From: Octopus vulgaris
Taxonomy: Eukaryota
Assembly: GCA_951406725.2 (NCBI GenBank)
Contig: OX597821.1
Coordinates: forward strand, 37,386,001-37,450,000
DNA: 64,000 nt
Direction: 5' to 3'
Every line of letters starts with the position of its first letter. Positions within the stretch are counted from its first letter, which is position 1. Below, one piece after another: positions 52,759 to 64,000 of this stretch. Under the pieces are notes generated by a model that was given only the letters and a program-made list of their open reading frames with translations, had not been told where the DNA came from and made no database searches. The position numbers and the translations under genes are program-made.

Positions 52759-53729
52759 CTGTAGTAATGAAAGACTTCTTGCAGGTTTTGTAAGATGGTA
52801 ACAGTTTAGTTGGCACGACACAAACTGAATTTCATGACTTCTGTCAAAGAATTGAACCAACACGAAGGATAGACTGATCGGGTATGAACATCTTGGAAAA
52901 TTTTAGATTAAACTTTCGTGTTATGCAAACTTTAGATTCTATTATTATTTCGGCATCGAAATTAAAATATTATTGATCAATGTCCTCTAATATTTTAATA
53001 ATATCTGCGATGTAAATTATCTTTACGTAGGAATCTCCTGAAATAAAGAAAAAATATTTTTCGTTAATTCTTCTTATATTTGGATAATTAAAAAACTGAT
53101 TCGCCATTCATCTGTACAATTCCTATCATTTTACTGATATTATCAAACATTAAGCAGGATTTAAACTAGCATTATCTTCAATCGTTAACTCCCTGATCTA
53201 TTGTTTCCGAGGAATCCAAAGCACTAATTGTTTAGGATATGTAATCTGTTAAGAGAACACAGAGAAAACCAGGAATCATTATACGGCACGCGTCATTGTT
53301 GTTGCTTGGCGTATTTATTTAATAACTATCCGCCGACTTTAGCAGTACAATTCTTTCGTTTCTGTATGTATTAATTACGAAAGTTAGTCGTAATAACAAT
53401 TAACTTCGTATTTGAAAATAGTTTAGACAACTTCACATCACCTTAACTCCTTAACTAGAATAGATATATACATACGTATACACACACACAAACACACACA
53501 TATGTATACTCACACACACACACACATATATATATTTAAAACATATATATATGTACATGTGTGTGTGTGTGTGGGGGTGGGGTGGGATTATTATGTTCGA
53601 TTTCCCATTAAAAGAAACTTTCTGTCGCGGCATCGAAATATTTACATTTGCAATTTTTCGAAGTCTTTTGTGTCTCACATTTGATGAAGATAAATGATGT
53701 ACTCTTATGAGTTCATGTATGTCATGTAC

Positions 53730-53732
<3 letters not shown>

Positions 53733-53769
<37 letters not shown>

Positions 53770-53780
53770 TTGTTTGTATG

Positions 53781-53822
<42 letters not shown>

Positions 53823-53948
53823 CATACGTACACACACACACTCATATATATACATACATACACACACACACATATATATATATATATACGTACACACACA
53901 CACACATATACATTTATATATACACGTACACACACACTCATATATACA
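53733..53948. repeat. Compound (TC)n/(TA)n/(CA)n array
   Basis: Direct inspection. Confidence 0.93.
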
Positions 53949-56908
53949 AAGATAATATAGTGTATATACATAAAGATAAACATTCAACGACTATAGAAGG
54001 GTGACTACATACAACTGATTGTGCTTACTCTATACACAACACACAACACACACACACACACACACACATACACGCACACACACAGTTGGTGCATACGTGA
54101 CTGTAAATGATGTTGCTCTTAGAAGTGCAGAACAGAACTGCAATGCACCCTTTAAAATAGTAATTTCACTAAAGTAATAACAATATATGCCGGATCTACA
54201 GAAGGTAGGAGGGTGTATCAAGCTGTAAGTTTTGCGAAGTGTGTTTAGTTATAAATTCAAGTAATCTGTCAGAAAGACACACCATTGTGGAAGATTGTTT
54301 AGAAACTTGCAAAATTTAAATGGTGCATAACTTTACAGATACAACGACTAGGAATTATTTCACTGATCAGCGTTTTGTGTTTGTGCTTATAAAACAAATG
54401 GCAGAGAAATAATATATATTAAAGTCTATAAAAAATTATTTGATAAAAATTAAAAATTGCAGCTTTGTACAGCTTTACAAATATGGAACAAAGGAAATAA
54501 CTGCAGTGTGAGAAAATATTATTCGTTAGTCACGTTACTCCTTACTGTAAAATCATATTGTTCACACACTTTTAAAATTTATCTAATTTTAATATAATAG
54601 CTTTTATAATTTTTTGACTCGAACACTTCTCGCTTTAACATAGATATATAAAACTTTTCAAAAGACGCAAATTGAAAATGATCTACATTGCACCACTAAT
54701 ATAAAAAAAAAAATCACAAAACCAGTAACTAAACTGAAGCCACATACTCATACAGGAACAAATATACTTGCCTACTAGATAAATCTTGCAACACAGAAGC
54801 CAGAATTTATGAGACAGAAGTAAATTCGATGGAATAGAAGTGGCACGTAAACGTGACAGACGGAAGATAAATTTAGGCCAACATTTAAAAACATACATCC
54901 TCCTTTAGGCACATAGAAAAAAAAAGAATAATATTTGCCAGCTATATTTAGCAATAAAAAGTTCCCGCTTAATGGAAAATCATAGGAAAATTGAAACCAA
55001 AATTAAAGCAGAACCAAAATGAATGGTTAATGCTGAGTAGAAAAGAGAAGAAACATCCAAACCTACAGTCCCCTGGTTAAACACCAAATCAGATTAATCA
55101 GAGAAATGCAGATATTTCGAAAACTCATGTTAAGGAATAGGAAAACACAGCCTTCACTGAACTAGCGCCACACAAATGTACGAAGATCTGAACCTAATAC
55201 ACTTGGATTTTATTAATCTTTTTTTTCGTGCCTCTTCCACTTATTCTTTCTTTCCTCTGCTGTATTTTCTTTCCAACTCACGATTTTCCTTGCCGTTACG
55301 ACCATCATCTACTTTACCGTCATTTTCTACAAATTTTTTTACCCACCATCTCCAAAGTGAAAACATGATATAGACAAATGGAAATGATTCGTAGCCACCA
55401 CCTAAGTGTTACTTAACTTAACACAAACATTTAGACATATTTTTCACAGTATGTATTTTTTTAGTATCTCACTTGGAAAGATGCGGTCTGAATGAGTGCG
55501 AAGCACGAAATCTTTGGTAGCCTGGAAGCTCTTGTGTATTGATTTATAAATATAAATATAATACTCTACATGTTTATGTTTGGTGTCCTATTTCTTGATT
55601 TTCGTATTTATGAAAAATCATTTCGATATATTTGTTTGCATGTGTGTACGTGTATGTGTGGCACTATGTATGTAATGAAAGTATTTATTTTTAGTCTTAT
55701 ATATAATTACTTTTGACATCTATATATTTAAATTAGTTTAGGAGTTGTTATATTTAATGTATTTCGTTTATAATGTAAAAAGACTAATCTCCCATGCATA
55801 AATTAAGCTTCCGAAGCCAAGTCATGTGTTGGAAACAATCTTCGCCCACATATAAGAAGATTTAGGCAAGTTCAAGCGCACTCAAGCACGTTCCCACACT
55901 TGAGACCTCTTTACACGCGTTTAAACATCTCTTGAAACGCCCTCCAGATCAGAGCTAGCTTCCTTCTTGTTCTGTTTTTATTTCATCTTAACGTCAATGC
56001 GATTCCTTCTTATGAAAACTACACAACCTATTCACTTGGTGTGTCCCAGTCAGTTAGATTGTATCCATAGAGGATACAATCCGTTCTAGATCAAGTTGGA
56101 ACCTATCCACTCTTTATAAATTACTTTATTTGCTACTTACAGAACATCTGAAATACTTTCAGAATCACGTTAACTCGAAAAAAACACACAAAAAGACACA
56201 ACAAAACAAAAAACTACTTACAATTTGCTACTGTATGAAAGGAGGTTAAACTTTCTAGCTACTGACCCTTCTCTAAAAATAGGTTCCCTTTCCCACGTCG
56301 TATCATTTAGAGAAATATATAAATACCTGTAATCTAGCTTACTGTTTGAAGAAGGAAGGAAAAACTTGAAGTTGCAGTCAATTATTTCTATTTAATAAAT
56401 TTTAAACTACTTCACAGATTTAGCACGTTTATCAGTGAAGATTTGTTCACGTTTATTGGCTCACAACTGTAAAAAAAAAATAACAGGAACATGCACACAC
56501 ATAAGCACACGCATACCTATCCCCACTAAACACACACAATACTTAAACGGTAAGTATATTGTATCACTGATGTGCATAGCTATAGATAAATGAAGGTATC
56601 TCTTGTTGACATTTGTTTACAATTCTGAAACTCATAAACACACACTTATACACACAAACAAAACAAAAAAAAAAAAAAACACACACACACACACAAAGAC
56701 AATCACAGAGAAAACAGAAATAGTGTAAACTATGGTATATTGCTTAGAATAAGAAATGCAACCTAGTAGACAATTTTCTCAATGAATAATTCAGATGAAC
56801 GAAGAAACTAAGATAACAATAAACTATTTGTTTTTTCAATTGTTTTTTTTAAATTTTCACTTAAGTTGCCATATAATACAATATAGTATATATATATCAT
56901 ATACAACA

Positions 56909-56949
<41 letters not shown>

Positions 56950-57529
56950 CTATTGTATATGTTTTAAAAAGACAGGCTTTCTGGCGATATTTTATTTCTA
57001 TTTACTTTTATGTATAAATTTCATTTCTTTCTTTGTTTCAATTCTATAGTTATGTTCTTATTTTCTATTCGAAAACGTTGTCAAGATGTGTTTAAAAGAA
57101 CGAGTTTTATCATGTATTATAGCCTTATGATGAACTAAAGTGTAAACAATTTAGGGGTGCAGAGAAAATATTCACCAGGGATTTATGTATGTGTGTACGC
57201 AAGCATACCTGACGTTATATAAATTAGTGTACGTTTTTATACCCAAAAGAGGTGACTTTAACAGGACACCTTGCATGCTGGAAAGGGCAGTTAAAAGCCC
57301 AAACCACGAATAAGAGTAATTTCAAAGGGAATGAAAAATAAAAACATTTCAATAGTTACCACTTGTACTCGAGTTTCAGCATCAATGTACAAATAAAATA
57401 ATTTGCCATCCGTGCAACACTAAAGACACACATGTTTCATCTATATACATTATAGTTTTTCAAATCCGCCGCGCAAGCGCAGCTACAATCGGCACCAAAT
57501 AATAAGTGGATGAAAAGATATCTTACAAT

Positions 57530-58515
57530 GGCACCTGTAACAAAGCACGTTTCACTAAAGAATATTACAGCCTAATAAAAAAAAAATTGAACCTCAGAAC
57601 TCTGCATTCAATAAAGCAGTGGCCCACAATGTGCCTCCAGTGACAGTACTCACACCAACATTTGAGCTGTTTGATTGGACGCTTGATGAGATCCGAGCCA
57701 TTGATGTGAAAACCCGAAAAATACTAACAACAACACATAATATCCACATAACCAGTGACGTAGACCGCCTCTACCTAAAACGAAAAGAAGGCGGTAGAGG
57801 TTGAGCATCGATCCAAAATGCCTTTGAATATCGCATCATATCCCTTCGGCAACATCTTTTGACCACCAAGTGTCGAAGCGCATCCCTTGATCAAGTTTGC
57901 ATACATGAGGCTGATAACATCATAAGACTTGGAAGGCAGCTCCTTAAGCAACACTCTTTGTCTGATAACCTAGAATACATGCCCAAAGAAGTCGCACGAC
58001 TCTACCCCAATATATTATCAGATGTGCCAATATGAGCAGAATACTATGCATAGACATGTTAGTAGAAAGCTCTGTGGTGATACTAACATCAATAATCAAA
58101 GCAGTTTATCATAGACAAATAACCGGATTATTACCTCCCACTTTGAAGGGTATGCGTTTGCAATCCAGGAACAGGAAATATTAACCAAATACCTGATGCA
58201 CAAAAGGGATAGAGATGCAGGAAAAGGCATAAAATGTGTCAACCAATGCAGGCTTTGTGGAGTTAACACCAAAGATATCATCCACATAAGCAGTTGTCCA
58301 GAAATGTCATCACGCTATTTATCTACCGATGAGACATGATGTTGTAGCTAGGAAATCTATAATAAAATCTATCGGAAGGATAATCCCGAGGACAAAGAAA
58401 TAAGAAGCCACAATATGGTAGAAGCCGTAGCCACTCATAATAAAAAGGAATACTGGTGGAATGTCCCAATGAAGACCACAAGAAAATGTAAGCGCAACAG
58501 ACCTGATATAATGAT
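57530..58515 (+). mobile_element. R4/Dong-like LINE 3' fragment
   Basis: AIDVKTRKILT..H..SDVDRLYLKRKEGGRG, EGYAFAIQEQEILTKYL, CRLCG..DIIHI, MRHDVVA, KRNRPDI. Confidence 0.88.
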
Positions 58516-58576
58516 AAAAGTAAAAGAATAAATAAATGAATAAATAGAAGGACAAAGCCAATCTCAAAAGGAAAGG

Positions 58577-59490
58577 TGTTGTGTGGAAGTAGAATTTGGT
58601 TGGCTCCTACTGGACTGTGCCACAATATAAATAGATGTGCGCAGAGAGTGTGGGGAGAGTCGGTGAGCTGTGTAAAGCCGAGAGTTGCATGTTGTCGAGT
58701 GTAATTACAAGTATTGGAAGGAAACGGTGTATGGTATTACGTAACATACCCGAAGAATATTGAAACAGAAGAAAATACTCAAGTTCAACCAAATAGTAAG
58801 AGTAAAGATACCAGCAAACATATATGCAGAGGACATGAAGGCGATAGTAATTGAAAAGGAAAGTTATAAAAGACTACAAGAAATGTGTGGAGATAACATT
58901 GACCCATCAGGAAGAACGGTGGAATTCAAAGAATTGCCACCAGTGGTGGATTTAATAGATATCGAACCACTAATGAAACATCACTAAAAATAAATGTCAA
59001 AGCGACAGGAAAGAAGAAAAGAAAAAGAAAAAGTAGGAAAAAAAAGTAAGTGTTTTATGTTATATTTAATAATATCGGAAGATAGAAGAACATTTTTAGA
59101 GAACGTATAACGGTTCAAATAATTGTAATGGTAGACGATAATTAATTGTTAGTTAAATATATGATAAAAACGGACAGTTTAAAAAGATTAATGGTAATGC
59201 ATGTGATGAGGGGCGCATGCAGCCATTCATAACCCCATTATTGTATAATCATCTCATCATATTCGTTCTATGTATCGTCCCCTCTGTGGTGTCCTGTCTG
59301 TCCATGTTTGTCCCCCTCTATGTTTGGGCCCTTGTGGCTAATAAAGAAACAGTGTAATTACAAGTATTGGGTATCTTAAGTAGAACGATTTGCGAGGACG
59401 TTATTTATTATATTGTACACCGAATGTGCGATGTAAGATGGCTGATAGAAATTTGTTATTTATAAAATAAAAGTGATCTCTCCTAATACA
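58577..59490 (+). mobile_element. Putative ~260-bp LTR split by a LINE insertion
   Basis: Polypurine tract AAAAGGAAAGG then TGTTGTG; TATAAATA at about 58626; AATAAA at about 59466; ends TAATACA. Sequence is continuous across the TSD. Confidence 0.55.
58718..59350 (+). mobile_element. 5'-truncated LINE (probably L1/Tx1-like) with 20-bp TSD
   Basis: TSD AGTGTAATTACAAGTATTGG at 58698-58717 and 59351-59370. ORF end ..QIVRVKIPAN..LMKHH* then 3'UTR ending CCCTTGTGGCTAATAAAGAAAC. Clade assignment is tentative. Confidence 0.75.
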
Positions 59491-61210
59491 GGCAAGAATC
59501 GTACAAAAATATGAAGCTTTTCATCTCTATTTTGAGTATTTAATTACTCAACAGCCTTGTATTATGCAGAATACTAAACTGTTCATCATAAATTTATACC
59601 TGTTGGTATATGTTTCGATTTCAGTGTATCATACAGACAGTATTTATATTCACACACACACACACACACACACAATCGCTCTTTTACAAAATAAGTAGCC
59701 ATATCTAAATCACAGTTTTCTTCAAATATATAGTAAATGCTGTTAGCACATTGGTCTCTCAATACAAAAACAAAAAAAAGCAAAACAAAAAATAACAACA
59801 TCAAGCAAAGCGAAAACATTCATTACATATTCATTACCGCCTGTATATATTTTTAGTGAGACAGACAGCTGTGCCATAAATGATCAAATCTGAAATGACT
59901 TGACACAACCCATTTGGACGAAAAATCTTTATTTGATGTGATGTATTGAAAATAAGTAATAAAAGGCGACACAGAAGCATCAGTGTCGATCTAGATGTTG
60001 TAATTGTGCGGAATGATGGAGCGGCACTCTAATAAAACAAATATCAGATACACTAAAGTGAAATAAAATAATGCCGCTGAAAAGAAATTCTTAATAAAAT
60101 AAATGTTGACAATTTGATTTTAATGAATTGCAGCTAAAAAGGCAAATCAATAGTGAAATATTCAGAGAAACATTACACCAAAGCAAAGAAGAATTTGAGA
60201 GGGGAGAGACCTAAGTTTAAAAAGAAGAGACGACAGAAAATATAAAAAATAAGCAATGGAGAAAACGTAAGCAAAGAGATATGAGATTACAACTTAATTA
60301 TGACTCATTGCCAAAGTGTACACAAAGGTAGACGCCGAATACTAAACGATTTAGTTACAGAAGTGAAGTAATAAGTACCAATCGAAGGTTATTTTAACAA
60401 GATGCAGTCACCGAATATTTTAGGTATAAAACCAAGAGATAAAATTAGTGAGATAATCTTTCTGATAAATCTGTTCCTTGTTATCACGCGAGTCTTTTGG
60501 TAATCAGTTCTAATGAATCCCTAATAATTTAAATTACAAAACACTCACTAAATTAACCTTGTTTTGTCCCCTGCTGTAGTGACTGTGTATTGAAACAGAC
60601 GTCATTTGTTACATGGTAACACGCATTGTAGCGGACAAACATCGTGTCTAAAACAAGTGTATGCAAAGCTTGGTCACATACTAGCCATAAACCAACTATT
60701 TAAAGTATGTAACAACTGTTGATTTGTGATCGTTCTGTTGTCAATCGTAGTTTGTTCGAACAAATCTAAGTGGACTTTCAACATCAATTACAGACACAAT
60801 AATAAAAAAAAAAACTTGGCCATTGTTAAACTAAATTTAAACTAGTGTCTTCAAGAAACGAATTTTTGATGTCCTGGCTCTGTACGATATCTGCTATTTA
60901 CACTGAAATTATTCCGTTAAATGTATTTTGATTATACCCACAACGGTATACAGAATGGAGATTCAAGGAAAAGTTAGAAGAAAGTGTGATTCAAGATTAA
61001 CGGATTGGATAAAATAAAAGAAAGGCATTAATAAAAGGTAGTATGAGTAGCATGGAACATAAAATTTTGAAACTAGAGGGCCGTATTGTAAGTATAGAAG
61101 AAAGTCGTATTATGAATCTGGTCATAAATGAATGACAAGATTTTATGGCAAGTTTTAAAGTGAAAATATACAGAGCTATACTTCTAAAATGATTATAGTA
61201 TAATACTTAA

Positions 61211-62030
<820 letters not shown>

Positions 62031-62076
62031 ATGTAATAATAATAATAATAATAGTAGTAGTAGTAGTAGTTATAAT

Positions 62077-62607
62077 TGCCTTGATGCAGTACCAGGCAAT
62101 GGCTCTCATGGCTTCTGATCTTAAGTGATTGGAAGTGTTATCATGTACATTGTTTTGTCTTGGTAGAAAAGATGGGCTACCTGCTCAATACCACAGATTT
62201 GCTTGTCAGTTGTTTGACCATAGCCACTTGCGCATGTCTCTTGGTGGCTGACGATATGTGCATCTCTGATCACGAGCAGAAGTAGTTGTGGAGCAACATT
62301 GCCATGTATTGAGAGGAATTTTTTTAGGTTTCAATGATTCACCGGTGGAAACACAAATGTTTTGTTCGCCCTTAAAACAAACCTTATTTAGGGACCTTTT
62401 GAGCAGGATGGGCTACTCGAACTGAAGAAAATTCTAATTGGGCACTATCTGCAAGGTCATGCGCTGTTTATTATGACATGAGATCACCATATCACATACA
62501 TATGGTTGTGATGCATGTGCCTGATGTACACTTATCAGGTGGGTAGTCATGATGGGTATATTGGGCTTCGTATATTTGTACCCAAGTGTCACTTTGATGG
62601 CATGCAC
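62077..62607 (+). mobile_element. 555-bp non-coding element, copy 3 (diverged)
   Basis: Reverse complement of 9797-10351; preceded by (TAA)n(TAG)n at 62033-62070. Confidence 0.88.
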
Positions 62608-63022
62608 AGACTAAATACAACATAATTATATGCTATTTCGAAAAGGGGAAAAATTTTTTCTTGTCATCACGTTGCAGACGTAATAGCATCTAATTCATTA
62701 AAAAGTTAAATTAAATTAATTCAAATTAATTAAGAAAACCTGTCAGAACTGAAAACAAGGTAAACATTCAAAGATGTTAATTGAAGCGGAAATAGTGGAG
62801 GAGGAGGCAGTGGAATGTGAAACCAAGTGGAACAGAACACAAGGCCAACGAGTTAAGCAACTGGAAATAACGACAGCGCCTCCAGGTAGACTTCTCCTAT
62901 AGAATGAAAACTGAAATCAAAGAATACAGCAACAAAATAAGAGATTTTAAGGCATCAGACACACGGAAAGCAACATAATAACAATTTGGTGATAAAGTTT
63001 TATTAATGAAATCAATAGATAG

Positions 63023-63078
63023 ACACGGTGAGGCTCCTGCATGGCCGCAACTGCATGACTGAAACGAGTAAAAGAGAG
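63023..63078 (+). mobile_element. SINE family A tail fragment
   Basis: GCTCCTGCATGGCCGCAACTGCATGACTGAAACGAGTAAAAGAG. Confidence 0.6.
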
Positions 63079-63829
63079 ATTATCAATTTGAGCTTAAATC
63101 ATACTAAACTTGTCTGTTTCGTTCATATTTCCAGGGTTTTATTGAATAAATACAGTATAAGTTATATATTTAACGAATTCAATCAATCATAATTAAATTG
63201 GTAATTGTAGGATATTTATTAAAATATTTATCAATATTGAATTTCATTTCAGTTCTCATTCGGAACTATTTGATTTCGGTGAAGAAAATAATTTTGCATT
63301 TTGGGAAATTAACTTTGTTACTTTCCATATAAATCTAGGATCTTTGTGCCGAGTAAAACAATAAAAAACTAAGAACCAGTAAATTAATTATTGGCAATTC
63401 TGTCATTAGAATATAGAGACAGAAAAACGTAGTTCCGAATATGATCTTTTTGAGACACTGTCCATTTCCCCGACCAATGTTATATTATCGACGCCGAATT
63501 CGGCAAGGTTAAGAGAATAGGATCGACTCATGAAGTGACAGAATTATTTATAGAATCAAAAGAAGAAAATTAAAACTACAAGCCAAACATATATCTTACT
63601 TCCAGTTAGACAGTGTTTCTAATCATAACTTTTAGATATATTCTAATAAAGTTGTCATCTATCTCCTTTTCTAATTTTTCTTCCAGTAAATTAAAACTAA
63701 AAGGTTATATTCCATGTTTCTCAATATGATATATCACAGAAAACTGCATCATATATAAATTTCGCTTTATCTTTCTCTGTATATACGCTCGTAAATAAAC
63801 CGAATAAATGTTTCTGAATGACATCTCTA

Positions 63830-63830
<1 letters not shown>

Positions 63831-63872
<42 letters not shown>

Positions 63873-63970
63873 CGTGTGTGTGTGTGTGTACATTTATATA
63901 GGTGTATGTATGCATGCATATGTTTATGTGCATGCGTGTGTGTGTGTGTGTATGTGATGTGTGCATGTGT
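63831..63970. repeat. (TA)n/(TG)n array
   Basis: Direct inspection. Confidence 0.95.
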
Positions 63971-64000
63971 GCCGTAATAAGAACAAAACGAATTGCTAGA

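Noticed and set aside
52297-52764. 155-aa ORF with an internal CAG|GTAAGA
   Set aside because: The second half is a TG microsatellite, the first half has no recognisable motif, and a lone donor-like site is insufficient.

Overview
AT-rich, microsatellite-dense eukaryotic DNA with no intact long host ORF. The repeat set (tRNA-derived CORE-like and Meta-like SINEs, Penelope-like elements, RTE, R4/Dong and L1/Tx1-like LINEs, very long TA/CA/TATC arrays) suggests a cephalopod, probably octopus, intron or intergenic region; this is inference. Almost all recognisable coding sequence is decayed transposon: RTE (1-1141), Penelope-like (1590-3685 and fragments), a near-full R4/Dong LINE in a (TAA)n-punctuated cluster (5590-10351), Gypsy pol plus LTR, mariner, piggyBac, Helitron and MITEs. 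Most ORF-track entries are microsatellite artefacts. The most notable signal is small self-cleaving RNA motifs. Two ~180-200 bp ORF-less inserts nested in (TA)n arrays each carry a minimal type-I hammerhead ribozyme (20792-20843 +, 25915-25949 -), several more hammerheads are degenerate, and a degenerate HDV-like ribozyme marks the RTE 5' end (1061-1141 -). Other observations: a 555-bp non-coding (TAA)n-associated element, a SINE and an L1/Tx1-like insert sharing a 3' tail with long TSDs, a Helitron with a doubled 3' end, a 366-bp fold-back MITE, and candidate minus-strand host exons at 15.5-18.8 kb. All calls were made by eye; no database search or folding was run.
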